Shown here: in pieces, positions 44,925 to 57,700 of the stretch
Layout of the letters: every line of letters begins with the position of its first letter
Position numbering within the stretch: the first letter of the stretch is position 1
From: Macrostomum lignano
Taxonomy: Eukaryota
Reading direction: 5' to 3'
Assembly: GCA_002269645.1 (NCBI GenBank)
Contig: NIVC01000369.1
Location: forward strand, 1-64,000
Length of the DNA: 64,000 nt
The notes under the pieces: generated by a model
Databases searched by the model: none
What the model saw: only the letters and a program-made list of their open reading frames with translations
What the model was told of the DNA's origin: nothing
Program-made: the position numbers and the translations under genes

Positions 44925-47567
44925 TCCTGTTGCTGTCCATTGCTTTTACGGTGGCCAAGGCCTCGGTGTTCGTGACGCGATCCAGTGGTGACGGACCTCA
45001 CCCATCATCCATGGAGATCGAGCTCCAGCTGCCCAACACCACCAAGAAAGTCCGCATTCCACTGACCAAAACTGCTCCGTTGGATGATGCTGTAGTCACT
45101 GTGACGGGCGATGGAGTCTCCAGGACGTTCTCTGGCCGACAAGCCCAACACGGAGATCACGCTCACTACAGAAACATCGATCGCAAAGCTGTGCTTAGCG
45201 TTCGACACGAGAACGACGTAAAGCGCATCAGCGGTCACGTGACACACGAAGACGCCTTGTATTTCATCCAGCCAATCGGCGACTCCGGGCACCGCGTTTC
45301 TAAAAGCAACGGAACTGACTCGCAGACGGATGGTCCGCAGTTCGAGCGCGTTCTGAGTCGAAAGAAGCGTCGAGTGAATGGAGAGGCTACCGACTATCAA
45401 GTTGAGATCCACATCCTCATTGATCACACCGTTTGGAAGACTTTCAAGACAATTTTCGGTACCGACGACAAAGCGTTGACTGAGCTGCACTTCTACTATT
45501 CTCACATTGTGATTGGCATGGACACGATCTTCAGGAACATCGGCCGTCCGTCAATCAGTGTCAGGTGCATTGGGTTAACACTGGCTAAGACTGAAGCCGA
45601 TGCAAAGTGGATGCCACCGGATGACTCGGCTGACGGTATGCGATGCAGTGACAAAAAAGTTACTCATAGCGTTACTTATTATGATTTCAACGTTGAAGCA
45701 TTTACTTAAACTGCTCCTTTTTAGCAAGAGATGGAATCACCATTCTCAGCAGCATCATAGCGTACATGTACGCGAAAGGTAGCAGGGCCGATCACGTGAT
45801 GGGTTTCACGCGCAGGGACATTGGGGCCGACGGAAACTCGGGCCCCGCAGGAATGGCTTACATAAGGGGCGCCTGCGGACAGTGGAAGGTCAGCATTGTC
45901 GAAGATTTGGGCCTCCACAGTTGGGGTGCGGCGACAATCTCAGCAACGTAGCCAATTCCTATCGGTTCTCTCCGTGCACAGTGAGGCACATCCAAAGCTA
46001 CATCAAATCCAGTAAGCATTTAAACTGAATTTTTGTTTTAATCAGATTGCGAAGCCTGTAGATTCAGCTAGTCGATATATCTTACTCAATGAAGATCATT
46101 AACCAATCCGTCACTAACTGTAATTTTGGATCCCATAGCCAGCTGAATATACGAGTGTAGGTAAAGCAGTGTATTGAAAGTCTATTAGGACAATGTAAGT
46201 GCTTCTGTAAGTGCTGTAACCTGTGCGCTGTCCTAGTTGGCGCCGACTTCGGGTTTTGGTGTCAATAATGTACGACCGCCATGCAGGCCTCATTCCCTAG
46301 GAAAATCCACCTAAACAGTCAATGTTGGGAACTTGAGTAGCTTGTGGCGTGTGATGGAGTGACCAAACTCCTGCTAATGAGACGGGATTCCCAGCCTGCG
46401 ACTTGAAGTTTTTAGGATACTACGGCTAGACTAGTAAGTACCTAGTACGTAGTACTCGTAATTGTATATCGATAGTGATAGCTACTGAGATTCTTGACTC
46501 GATGCGAGCGTTTCCAATAAATAGGTAGCGAAGACAAATTCTAGAGCGAGGAATTTCACCGGGGAATTCTAGATTTCGTCTGTTTGTCTTTTGCACGGAC
46601 TGGCCATGGAGTTATCTGCACTATTATACCAATATTGATGGGCTGCAGAGGGCAGAAACGAGCTATAACGCCGAGGAGCTTATAACCATTGGTTTAGTAA
46701 AATGCCCCACCCCCTTTACGAGGGAATCGAAACGAGGATTCACGCGGTACTAGAAAAAATAGTCTGCGGGCATATGGGTTTCGTCAAGCGCGCTCAACAA
46801 TTGAGTGATTTTAAAGAATTTCGCGGAGCTAGGTTGGGTTAGGTGACAAAGGAGTGGTGTGGCAGCTAGTGGGTCATCTGATGAGTGATATCGGGAATTA
46901 GGACCTGAATATCCGGGGTTGCATGGGATCGGATTAAACGCGCATGGGGAGAAAGGTATTATACAATTTTGGTCAGGAGATTATTTTATTGACACTCGTA
47001 AACTTTATTATATATACCTCTTAACAAGGTAAAGCAGCGTGTCTGAAGTCTCCACAAGGTACCTCAGTCAGTCAACTGACAGGCTCTGTCCGCGAAGGAG
47101 CTCGCATGTCCCTCGATCAGGTGTGCCGTCTCAGTTATCCACTCAGTCCTGGCAAATGTTACGTGCATGAGCATTTCAGAAAAAACCCAGATTTGATGTG
47201 CGCCAAACTGTACTGCTACAAGACCGGGGGATCGATGGCGACGACATATGGCGGGCTTCGCGCTCCGGTCGGCACCCCATGCGGCAGTCAGAAGAGCTGC
47301 AACTGGAACGGACAGTGTACCTACGACTCGCAGGTCCCAGTCATCGATATGTCCTGCTTTTTCGGCGACAATGCCTCGGCCGAGCAGTGCAACAGCTTCT
47401 ATCAGAAAATCGCTGAGGCTTGGAGTGCAGAGACCAAGAGCTACTACTGCAGTCAGGTGAAGTCTGAGTGCTGTAAGACGCTGGCCTTAATCTGCTCTTG
47501 CCACAGAACTCTAAATCTTGGACTGATTCCGAAGTTAACAATAAAATGTCTGACAGAAGTTAAGTAA
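44925..47567 (+). pseudogene. M12B (reprolysin/ADAMTS-like) metalloprotease lacking the zinc-binding segment; probable pseudogene or dead protease
   Basis: Exons 44925-45635 (signal tail, prodomain, furin site RKKRR, YQVEIHILID), 45725-45951 (DHVMGFT..GMAYIRGAC..VSIVEDLG..ATISA, then TAG where HExxH is expected) and about 47030-47567 (ACL..SLDQVC, CAKLYC..GTPCG..C.WNGQC Cys-rich region, ShK-like tail). No start exon and no HExxHxxGxxH found. Confidence 0.75.
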
Positions 47568-47868
47568 CAACTGATGCTCGAAGAGTGAAAACGTATTGTT
47601 GCAATCTAAAATGCACTTTTCTGCGTTAGCAGCTCTTGTTTTACTATCGATGAATCGTTGACATGAGGACAAAGGAACAATGAGAATTTATATTCAGCAC
47701 TATTTTTACAGTAGGAATTACAAAGCCATTTTTCCGCCCGTCGAACTACCAAGAGGAGGGGTGACCATTTTTTTCTGTTACGGAACGGAGCAGCGCAGGC
47801 ACACGAAATTCAAGAACACGGACATATTTCTACAAAGTATTTGTGCCGTGATCTGAATACGGTGCCGT

Positions 47869-48270
47869 TGTTGTAATGTTATTCCAATGTATCTAGTTTC
47901 TAGAAGTTTCCTTTCCCCTTTGCGCATTCTATACGAGTAAAATTTCCAAATTAAGTAAAAGAAATTTCTGCATTTTTCTTCGAATTTCCATAACAAAATA
48001 TTTCTACGCGGAACCTTTACATATCTTATAGTTTAATTATTAGCCATATTCTTATTCAACGCATTTATCCGTATTAGCTACAGTTTACATTATAATGTTG
48101 TATCTTTGCTATAATTCTAAAGAAATTTCCAGAACACCGTTAATTTTGCTATAAATATACACCAGGCAAACCCAGCTAATAAGCAAGTGTTTTTCCGGTA
48201 ATCTCGATTATCGATAATAAATAATTGAACCACCGCTTCCAAGCCTCATTTATTTTTCAGACACGCTACA
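47869..48270 (+). repeat. 5' LTR (402 bp)
   Basis: tgttgtaatg...gacacgctaca; 3 C/T differences from the 3' LTR by eye. Confidence 0.96.
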
Positions 48271-48272
48271 AC

Positions 48273-48290
48273 TGGTCCGGCGAGGCGGAT
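48273..48290 (+). promoter_or_regulatory. Primer-binding site TGGTCCGGCGAGGCGGAT (probably tRNA-Tyr)
   Basis: 2 nt after the LTR. The complement ATCCGCC-TCGCCGG-A-CCA implies a C1:G72 pair and A73, which are eukaryotic tRNA-Tyr identity elements. Confidence 0.7.
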
Positions 48291-48343
48291 AATTGACTAG
48301 CATTTAATTCAGACCATTCAATTCATTCAGCGTGTACGATCCA

Positions 48344-49270
48344 ATGGCGGAAGGAAGCACCAACACACCATCCGTGGTCAGCCAGCAGCCCTCCGGGGCC
48401 AGCCAGCAGCCCTCCGGGGTCAGCCAGCAGCCCACACAAGGAGCGAGTGCCGCAGCGGCACCTGCCGACCCGCCTGCGGTAGCTGCGGTAGCCCTTAAAG
48501 TACCGCCATTCTTTCGTGGCAACCCCGATGCATGGTTTCGGATGTTGGACGCTCAGTTCGACCTTCGAAACATCACCTCCGAGGTAACGCGGTTCAACCA
48601 CCTGATCTGTCATCTACCGGAGGATATCGCAGCTGTTTTATTGTCTGTGGACACTCCGTCCAACTATACCGCACTGAAGCAAGCCGTACTGAAGATGCTT
48701 CAGAAGAGTCAGCAAGAGCGAATTAACGAGGTCATGAGCGTCTCTGACCTGGGAGGAGATAAACCCAGCATCTTCATACAGCGGCTGCAGGCCAAGATGG
48801 CTCAATGCAATATCAAGGAGAACCCAGACATGGTCAAGACCACGCTTCTCCGCTGCCTCCCGGCAGAGCTACGCCTTCATCTGTCCGGTTTTCAGGACGA
48901 AGATCCAGCACGGCTCGCTTCCATCGCGGACTCCATGCTGGCTATTCAGCAGTCATCTGGCCACCGCGTCCACGCAGTTCAGAGTACGGCAGGCGACTCA
49001 AAGACATCGGGGCCACGGCAGAAGTCACAGCTGACATCCAGCATGGAACCTTTCTACCCAGGCCAAAAACCAGTAGTCTGCAGAGGACATCTCTACTACG
49101 GTGCGCGAACACGCACATGCAGACGCTGGTGCCAGTTCCCGCGCTCATCCGGCGGCCGCCAGCCTCGCATCCTAGGTCCCAACGAGAGGACTCCGGTGCA
49201 ATCCCGCTCGAACTCGCCAGAACGTCCGGCCCAGGGAAACTTCCAGGCACTACCCATGACGCCGCAGTGA
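48344..49270 (+). CDS. gag: Gag with CHCC zinc motif
   Basis: [22 protein letters not shown]-terminus; C-x2-H-x9-C-x3-C ([18 protein letters not shown]). Confidence 0.92.
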   Translation: MAEGSTNTPSVVSQQPSGASQQPSGVSQQPTQGASAAAAPADPPAVAAVALKVPPFFRGNPDAWFRMLDAQFDLRNITSEVTRFNHLICHLPEDIAAVLLSVDTPSNYTALKQAVLKMLQKSQQERINEVMSVSDLGGDKPSIFIQRLQAKMAQCNIKENPDMVKTTLLRCLPAELRLHLSGFQDEDPARLASIADSMLAIQQSSGHRVHAVQSTAGDSKTSGPRQKSQLTSSMEPFYPGQKPVVCRGHLYYGARTRTCRRWCQFPRSSGGRQPRILGPNERTPVQSRSNSPERPAQGNFQALPMTPQ

Positions 49271-52200
49271 GCAGTGCCACAGACGAAGCGGCGCGCAAAC
49301 CTTGTCTCGTCGTCGACCTCCTCTTTGACGCGCGTCGCCTACCGTTCCTGGTCGATACTGGCGCTGCAGCATCTATCATCCCACCGCAGTACTTATCCCA
49401 TAACGTCCAGGCAACAGGATTCCGATTAACCACCGCCACAGGTGAGACCATTCCTGTTGTCGGCGAAATCTCCCTGGAAGTCGCCATTAAAGGACTGCGT
49501 CGCGCCTATCGATGGACTTTCATAGTGGCCTCCGTCGTTCACCCCATCCTCGGCTACGATTTTCTGTCGCATTTCGGTCTCTTGGTCGACTGCAAAGCTC
49601 GACAGCTGGTGGATCCGACAACTACATTCCATACTCCACCGCTGCCCGTCACTACGACGACCATCGGCAACTTCAGCGTCACTCCGAACTACCCCGACGA
49701 CTGCGATCCACGCGTCAGGCGGCTGATCGACCGATTTCAGGATACCTTTACCTACGTGGAGGGAGGTCGGCTGCCGCCGGCGGACGTGATCAAGCACGAC
49801 ACTGTTCATAGGATCGACACCGGCGGACATCAGCCAGTGCACGCCAGAGCGCGTCAGCTTCATCCGGAGAAACTTCGCATCGCTCGCGAAGAATTCCAGC
49901 AACTCATCGATGCCGGGTACATCCGTCCATCCAAGAGTTCATGGGCTTCGCCACTCCACATGGTTCCGAAGAAATCAGACGGCAAACCATCTGGCAAGTG
50001 GCGACCGTGTGGCGACTACCGAGCGCTCAACAGCGCTACCAAGCCAGACAGCTACCCGGTCCCACACATCCAGAGTTTCACGCGTTATCTCCATGGCGCG
50101 ACGGTGTTCAGCAAGCTCGATCTGGTTCGCGCTTACCATCAGATCCCCATCGCGGAAGAGGACATCGCCAAGACTGCCATCATCACGCCGTTTGGCCTCT
50201 TTGAGTGGACTAGGATGCCATTCGGACTTCGCAACGCCGCGCAGACCTTCCAGCGCTTCATCGACTCCGTCCTGCGCGGCCTGCCTTGCGTCATCGCCTA
50301 CTTGGATGACCTTCTGGTCTACTCGAGGTCGGAGGAGGAGCATCTCCAACATCTAGAAGCCGTGTTGACCCACCTAGCTCATCACGGCTTGAAGGTTCAG
50401 CTCAGCAAGTGTGTTTTCCTTAAGAGCGAAGTCACCTTTCTCGGCCACCACGTTTCCGCCGACGGAATCCGACCTCTCGAAACGAGGGTCGAGACCATCA
50501 AAAACTGGCCGGTTCCCCGCGACGCTGCTGCCCTGCGACGTTTCCTCGGCGTGATCGGTTTCTACCGACGTTTCATCTCCGGTTTCGCATCCACCGCAGC
50601 CCCATTGCAGGATCTGCTCACCGCAGCACTACGGTCTCCTCGATCCTACCAATGGAGCGACATCCACCAAGCCGCATTCGACGACCTCAAGAAGAAGCTC
50701 GCCGAGCGTCTCCTGCTGTACCACCCCGATCCAGACTGCTCGGCCTATCAGCTGGTCACGGATGCCTCTGCTACCAGCGTCGGAGCCGCATTGCATCAGA
50801 CAGTCGGAGAGCAGACCACCTTGATCGGCATGTTCAGCAAGAAGCTCTCTGCCGCCCAGCGAGCCTATTCAGCATTTGATCGAGAGCTACTAGCCGCTTA
50901 CCTTGCCGTGCTTCACTTCCGGAACCTGATCGAGGGCAGGCACGTCACGGTCTTCACAGATCACAAGCCTCTCGAGCAGGCATTCCGACACAACTCCCAC
51001 GGCAACTCCGACCGCAACCAGCGCTACATGAGCATCCTGTCTGAGTACGTCACTGACTTTCAATATATCCGTGGCTCGGACAACGTCGTCGCCGATGCAC
51101 TTTCCAGACTCGACGAACCGACCGCCATCGCAGCCATCCAGCAGGGAGCAGCGCCAACTGACCTGTCAGCAATCGCCGATCAGCAAGCCGCCGACAACCT
51201 CTCCGAATCAGACCATTGCCGCTTCTTTCCACTTGGAGACGGCCGTCGCGTACTCTGCGAGACCTCCACGGGTTACCCTCGCCCGGTCGTCCCCATCTCC
51301 ATGCGTGAATCACTGCTGAAACATTTTCACAAACTCGGTCACTACGGATTCCGCAGGACCGCCAACCTGATCATCAGCCGCTACTACTGGACCGGCATGC
51401 GCGCAGAGATCAAGGTCTTTTGCAGGTCATGCGAGGTTTGTCAGCGCACCAAGATAGACCGCCACACGACGGCCGGCAGCGCTGCCTTCAACCTCCCATC
51501 CAACAGGTTCGAGACGGTACACATCGACATCGTCGGCCCTCTTCCAGCTCCCGAAAGGAAACATGATACTCAGTGCGGTCTTACACCTCGTTATCTCCTT
51601 ACCATGATTGACCGCAACACGGGCTGGCTAGAGGCCGCACCACTCGAGACCGTCACAGCACAAAGCGTGGGAGCAGCCTTCATCGCTTCCTGGATTTCTC
51701 GCTTCGGAGTGCCCCTGTACGTCATCACTGATAGAGGACCACAGTTCGAGTCCGAGCTCTTCGAGACACTCTCGTCCACCGTGGGTTTTCACCGCCTACG
51801 CACCACAGCGTACCACCCACAGTGCAACGGGAAGATCGAGCGCGCTCACAGGACTCTGAAGACGATGCTTAAGGCGCGCGGTCCTGCATGGCTCGACAAC
51901 CTCCCATTGGCACTCCTCGCCATGCATGTCGCTCCGGACGATTCAGGCATCAGCCCATTTACCAGGCTCACCGGCGAGCATCCGATGCTTCCACGGGTCA
52001 TCGTCAGCGACAAAGATCCTAACTCCATTCAGATGAGCTTAGACCACCTCTTGGAGCAGCGAACAAGAATGACGTCCACCACACCGCATGTGCCTCAGGA
52101 GCTATGGTCGACCGACAAGGTTTGGGTCCGCGTGGACAGGGTGAGGAAGCCGTTGGAAGCGCCGTACTCCGGACCATACTCAGTCATTCGGCGCACTCCC

Positions 52201-52497
52201 AAGTTTTTCATCATCGAGTTCCGCCCTGGTCACGAAGAAGCCATCTCCATCGACAGGCTCAAACCCTGCAGGTCGACCCCAAGGCCACCGACACAGAGCA
52301 GGCCTAGGCAGACCGTACAGCCGACTTCAGGGCAGGAGGAAACCTCTACACCAGCAGGACACCAGGACGACACGGAGGCCACACCAACATCCACTACAGC
52401 GAATACACCGAAAGTCGACGAGGAGGCACCGACGACCCGAACAAGAAGTGGACGACGCGTCCGATTTAAAGCCCAAGATGACTACCTTTACTTCTGA
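49234..52497 (+). CDS. pol: Pol (protease-RT-RNase H-integrase), expressed by -1 frameshift
   Basis: FLVDTGA, YLDD, LVTDAS...RELLA...TDHKPL...ADALSR, HHCC zinc finger, D-D-E ([21 protein letters not shown]), PYSGPY. Pol is in the -1 frame relative to gag, with GGGAAAC at 49234-49240. Confidence 0.96.
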   Translation, partial: GKLPGTTHDAAVSSATDEAARKPCLVVDLLFDARRLPFLVDTGAAASIIPPQYLSHNVQATGFRLTTATGETIPVVGEISLEVAIKGLRRAYRWTFIVASVVHPILGYDFLSHFGLLVDCKARQLVDPTTTFHTPPLPVTTTTIGNFSVTPNYPDDCDPRVRRLIDRFQDTFTYVEGGRLPPADVIKHDTVHRIDTGGHQPVHARARQLHPEKLRIAREEFQQLIDAGYIRPSKSSWASPLHMVPKKSDGKPSGKWRPCGDYRALNSATKPDSYPVPHIQSFTRYLHGATVFSKLDLVRAYHQIPIAEEDIAKTAIITPFGLFEWTRMPFGLRNAAQTFQRFIDSVLRGLPCVIAYLDDLLVYSRSEEEHLQHLEAVLTHLAHHGLKVQLSKCVFLKSEVTFLGHHVSADGIRPLETRVETIKNWPVPRDAAALRRFLGVIGFYRRFISGFASTAAPLQDLLTAALRSPRSYQWSDIHQAAFDDLKKKLAERLLLYHPDPDCSAYQLVTDASATSVGAALHQTVGEQTTLIGMFSKKLSAAQRAYSAFDRELLAAYLAVLHFRNLIEGRHVTVFTDHKPLEQAFRHNSHGNSDRNQRYMSILSEYVTDFQYIRGSDNVVADALSRLDEPTAIAAIQQGAAPTDLSAIADQQAADNLSESDHCRFFPLGDGRRVLCETSTGYPRPVVPISMRESLLKHFHKLGHYGFRRTANLIISRYYWTGMRAEIKVFCRSCEVCQRTKIDRHTTAGSAAFNLPSNRFETVHIDIVGPLPAPERKHDTQCGLTPRYLLTMIDRNTGWLEAAPLETVTAQSVGAAFIASWISRFGVPLYVITDRGPQFESELFETLSSTVGFHRLRTTAYHPQCNGKIERAHRTLKTMLKARGPAWLDNLPLALLAMHVAPDDSGISPFTRLTGEHPMLPRVIVSDKDPNSIQMSLDHLLEQRTRMTSTTPHVPQELWSTDKVWVRVDRVRKPLEAPYSGPYSVIRRTPKFFIIEFRPGHEEAISIDRLKPCRSTPRPPTQSRPRQTVQPTSGQEETSTPAGHQDDTEATPTSTTANTPKVDEEAPTTRTRSGRRVRFKAQDDYLYF

Positions 52498-52666
52498 CAT
52501 CACCTGACCTCATCTGTATCATAGTCGCATCTTGCTATCCATTCGTTACAGACTTTGGACCCGACCGTCGACATCTTCAGTGTATATAGCCCATTCGGTC
52601 ATTAATTTGTACATACTGCGCGATCATCATTCTATCTAGGGACTCCGTCTCCGGTGGGGGGACTAT

Positions 52667-53068
52667 TGTTGCAATGTTATTCCAATGTATCTAGTTTCTA
52701 GAAGTTTCCTTTCCCCTTCGCGCATTCTATACGAGTAAAATTTCCAAATTAAGTAAAAGAAATTTCTGCATTTTTCTTCGAATTTCCATAACAAAATATT
52801 TCTACGCGGAACCTTTACATATCTTATAGTTTAATTATTAGCCATATTCTTATTCAACGCATTTATCCGTATTAGCTACAGTTTACATTATAATGTTGTA
52901 TCTTTGTTATAATTCTAAAGAAATTTCCAGAACACCGTTAATTTTGCTATAAATATACACCAGGCAAACCCAGCTAATAAGCAAGTGTTTTTCCGGTAAT
53001 CTCGATTATCGATAATAAATAATTGAACCACCGCTTCCAAGCCTCATTTATTTTTCAGACACGCTACA
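52667..53068 (+). repeat. 3' LTR (402 bp)
   Basis: tgttgcaatg...gacacgctaca followed by the TSD ccgt. Confidence 0.96.
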
Positions 53069-53400
53069 CCGTAACTTCAAAGTAGGGCAAAAGACGCTAA
53101 AATTGATCAGAAGTCAATATCAAGTAAAATACCAGGAAAATATTTATTGCTTCAATTCCTGCTCTAGAAAAGCTAAAGTATGGAAAAAGATAACTAAAAT
53201 TTATGAATTCCACATTCTCATTCAATTCAAAATAGCCTTTTCATGCAAAAAGTTTTAAATAATTTTGGCAAACTAATTTCTTGAAAACTTCCACGACTGC
53301 TTCTATTGTTTAACATTGTTTTGGGGCTCTCAAACCGTGCGCAAAATCGATAAACAGTAGAAATACCAATTAAGCAAATTATTCTTGTTCAGCTAAGCTA

Positions 53401-54104
53401 CCGAGGGTGGGCAATTTCCTAACCCTCCTGACAATGTTTTTGCTACACCAGAACGAAGCAACGCAGGCACACGACAATTTCAGAACACGGGGCTAACTTT
53501 TAGTTGCGCACCCTCTCAAACAAGAATCAAGTGGCCGGCCATCCGGGCCGTCGAGATATTCGAGAATTCTGCTAGAAGGTCCAGTTTTTCCCATAAGCAC
53601 CAGTGTATTCAATGCACCCCTGTGCGCCAATCAGCAATGCGCCTCAGTGCAGTCTTGATGAGTGAGTGCTTGAGAGGCTAGATGAGGATGTCCAGCAGTT
53701 GAGGCTTGCCCACTGTCGATGGCTTGATCAGCGAAATTCGAGAAATTCACACCAGGGTGTCCATAGTCACCTTGTGCCACCTGTTGAAGTTCCAGACGCT
53801 CCGCTTGGGTGAAGGCCAGTGACCAACGAAGTCATGATGAAACTCAAAGGCTTGGCAAGGCTGCACTGAGACGCAGTGCTGACCGGCGCACAGAGGTGTA
53901 CTGAATACACTGGTGCTTATGGTAAAAATCCGACCTTCTGACAGAATAGTCGAAAATCTCACGGTCCGGAGGGCCGGCGACTTGATTCCTGTTCGAGAGG
54001 GTGCGCAACAAAAAGTTGGTTCGTGTTCTTGAATTCCGTGTGCCTGCGTTGCCTCGTTTTGTTGCAGCAAAAAATATCCGGGTGAGGATTACCCTCTCCC
54101 TCGG
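53401..54104. mobile_element. Foldback/MITE element (704 bp) with ~250-bp imperfect inverted arms, TA-flanked (Tc1/mariner-like)
   Basis: TA|CCGAGGG...CCCTCGG|TA; arms about 53401-53660 and 53860-54104 are reverse-complementary. Confidence 0.85.
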
Positions 54105-54778
54105 TATTTTTACTGTTAAGACTTGAAGATTTTGTATTTATTTGCATAAAATTCAGAAATTTTATTGAAATTATTGAAAATTAAAAGTTTCAAAAAAGAA
54201 TAATTATGAAAAAGAAAAATTACATGCTTGTCAATAATCATTACACGTATCTAGATATTCGCAAGGCTACAATCACCAGATAAATAATTATTATTGATTT
54301 TACTTTTTCCTTAATCAATTTGTCTAAGGAAGTCAGCAATGAAACATTTCCGTTCTCAGTCAATATTTTTCAACAACAAGTAAACTTCTTGCGTAGAGAG
54401 CTTTTTGAAATAACTGACTATATGCTCGTGTTATCGAACCAAACGATTTGGTTCACCATCAGATATTTGAACAATATATGGAACCCACAGTGCGGTTCCA
54501 GATACCAGGGTTCCACGCACCTGAACCAGGGGTCGGCAAGCTGAGAAGAGTCATAAACCTTAAACGGTCTGGATTGCTATTGTAAAGTTTCAATGGAGTG
54601 TTTGACAACCGCTGGCCTAAACAAAGTGGCGTTTTACTCTTCCAATAACATGGGCATCTGTCACCAATAAAAAAATCTACTTCTGCTAAAATCAGATTAA
54701 TGAACAAACTTCTATTAATAACTACAAAGTGATAAAGTAAACTTCAGTTCGTTTGGCTGCTTCTTTAATTCCAAGAAA

Positions 54779-57700
54779 TCAAAGCGTCCAGCAGATCAAC
54801 ACGGACAGCACCTGATAGGCCGCAATCGGTGCCGGCAGTTCAACAGCAACCCCGCCATCAGCAGCAGACTGCAGTTTCAGCGGTCGCAGCTGTTCCTCTA
54901 ACGCGTTGGACTCGAAAGCCGCAGTCAATCGACCACCAGTTCTTGGCAGATAAATTCGCAGGCAACAATTCGGTACGAAACCGCCCACACTTTCGTACAG
55001 ACGAACTAGAAACCACTTGGACTGGTCAACAGAGCGGACCGGTTTGATCCAGTCTAGCACTACAGATTGGCTGCTACCCGGTGCAGGCTGTTCAAAGGTA
55101 ACCAGCGGGCTCGTTGTCAGCGGTACAGCCGTTCGATCTGTCAGACGCAATCGCGTCAGTTCAACATCGGATTGATAGCCAAACTGACAAGCTGTGGCAA
55201 CCAGACTGCGGCAACTGGAGCTGTCCGTCAGGCCAGCCAAGCCTTGATGAGGCATCAGAGCATAGCGCAGGCAGTGCTCGCTATTGAAATCCGCTTCAGC
55301 ATCCGGGCCGCGAGGAGAGCGCAACAGACTCAAGTTTACAACGCTACCATCGCGTACGCTACCGCCGTAGATTGCCTGTTTTATTGTAGCCAAGCCGAAA
55401 TTGGCCTCGGACAGATCCAAGTACCGATGCGAGCAGTGCTCGTGCGCGGCCCAATCCCAGCTGGTGTTGCCTCGAGTTGGCCGGTCAACTCGGCCGGCTT
55501 GAATCTCCGCGTTAGCTCGGGTGACGCCTCGTACATTGCAGGGCAGTTCAACGCGGAGCAACGTGTGAGCGGCTCGCCAGGGCGTCACCCGGGTGCAGAA
55601 GGTCAGACAGTGAGGCCGTTCTGGCAGTAGAGCGACCTGATGCTCGATCCGGGACACAAGGTTGGAATCGGTAGCATCCGAGGATGTGGGATAGCTAGTC
55701 AGCTCGTAGACAGTCTTACAGCTGTGCGGACTATCAATTCGACACGGCTCAATCAATCTACCCTTGCCAGTGGCGTCCTCAGCAACTGTGGCTCGAGTCT
55801 CCCAGCTATAGTCCATAATGTCCCAGGCGTCCCAGAATAACGGCATATCGTGATAATAAGTCAATTGGACAGGTGCCAATAGGCATTCTCGGCCGGCGCC
55901 AATTGATTTGCTAATCAGAGAGACAACTCGACCGAACGAATCGATTTCAGCTTTCAAATGCTCATTCTCAAGTACAACAACTTTAGAATCCAGCAGTTTT
56001 GCTGTCGGCTCTGGTGGTGTTGCTTCTTTTAGTAGCAATTGATCAAGTCGGCAAACTGAGAGAGGCGGCAGACTTACAAGTCGACGGCCATGATCTTCAG
56101 GAAGCGTCAAAGACATCGACCACTGAGTAGGATTTACGAGAGCTAATTCCGACACACTTGCAGCCGGTGTCGAGACTTCGTCCATGGAGCGAAAGCGACT
56201 GCAAACGGACAGGATTTGATTGTAGTGACGAGCTGAGTCGGCGTACACGCGACCAATGCTGGATCCGGGTAGGACGTCGTGAAACTGGTTCAGCAGCAGC
56301 AGATGCCAGGCTGTGTCCAAAGAGTCGAGCGACTGCGAGGTGGAACAATTAAGGAGATCGGCTGCGCTGTTAGAGCTGCTCGTATATACAAATATTGAAC
56401 ACTAATTGATGAATTAGTTAGATATTTACATTGAAATAGCAGAGAGAAAGCAAACTTTGATTCAAAACGAGATTGATTTAAATTTACAGATTTTTTCATA
56501 TTTCGAGTTATTATTTTCCGGTAAGCTTGATTACGTCAAAGGGTGCTGTAATTATTTTCCAAGAGCGTCATTACCCTGGTGAGAGCGGAGCAGCTTGTAG
56601 AGAGTGAACGAGTGAACCATATCCGTCTACTATCAATACGGTAGCCAGTATATAAGCACCAGCGAGTGTCACAACAGCTCTGGTAGAAACGGATATTGAG
56701 GGGCGTCAACCAAGAGGCAAGGGCGCTCACTAAGAGACAGGGGCGCCAACCAAGAGACAGGGGCGCCAACCAAGAGACAGGTGCCAACCAAGAGACAGGG
56801 TGCCAACAAAGAGACAGGGACGCCCACCAAGAGACAGGGGCGCCCACCAAGAGACAGGGACGCCCACCAAGAGACAGGGGCGCTCACTAAGAGACACGGG
56901 CGCCAACCAAGAGACAGGGGGGCCAACCAAGAGACAGGGACGCCCATTAAGAGACAGGGACGCCCACTAAGAGACACGGGCGCCAACCAAGAGACAGGGG
57001 CGCCAACCAAGAGACAGGGACGACCACCAAAAGACAGGGGCGCCCATCAAGAGACAGGGACGCCCACCAAGAGACAGGGACGCCCACCAAGAGACAGGGG
57101 AGTCAACCAAGAGACAGGGGCGCCAACCAAAAGACAGGGACGCCCACCAAGAGACAGGGGCGCCCACCAAGAGACAGGGACGCCCACCAAGAGACAGGGA
57201 CGCCCACCAAGAGACAGGGGCGTCCACCAAGAGACAGGAGCGCCCACCAAGAGACAGGAACGCCTATTAAGAGACAGGGGCGCCAACCAAGAGACAGGGG
57301 CGTCCACCAAGAGACAGGAACGCCTATTAAGAGACAGGGGCGCCAACCAAGAGACAGGAGCGCCCACCAAGAGACAGGAACGCCTATTAAGAGACAGGGG
57401 CGCCAACCAAGAGACAGTGACGCCCACCAAGAGACACGGGCGCCCACCAAGAGACAGGGTCAACTCCAAGACATGCAACATTACGGCCCTGAAGGTTGCA
57501 ATCCTTCCCTATAAAAACACCTGTATACGTACGTCACTGATCCTCAAAAACAAATGACCTCAGCAAGTTTCTTGAAATTGTTTTTAAGTCACAGAAATCC
57601 CTGTTCTAAACGTACATAACAAACGTCCCTAATCACCATAGCAACCATATAATAATCTACTCACCTCGACAGTCGCAGTCTCGTCAAGAACTCCCAAAGC

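Larger units (their letters stand above)
47869..53068 (+). mobile_element. Full-length Ty3/Gypsy LTR retrotransposon (CsRn1/Boudicca/Kabuki-like), 5200 bp
   Basis: TG...CA LTRs, TSD CCGT (47865-47868, 53069-53072), PBS after the 5' LTR, G-rich PPT at about 52654-52662, and open gag and pol. Confidence 0.97.

Noticed and set aside
46235-46960. Missing HExxH exon of the metalloprotease (PHSLG near 46290; ELG..HGIG near 46900)
   Set aside because: No frame gives HExxHxxGxxH, and stops and phases are incompatible.
48805-49233. Pol ORF start at 48805 as given in the ORF track
   Set aside because: It merely overlaps gag in the -1 frame; biologically pol should begin at the slip site at 49234.
56570-56675. 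Extra phase-0 MAN2C1 exon (SCCDTRW...)
   Set aside because: It has AG/GT ends but no GH38 similarity, and the alignment has no gap that needs filling.
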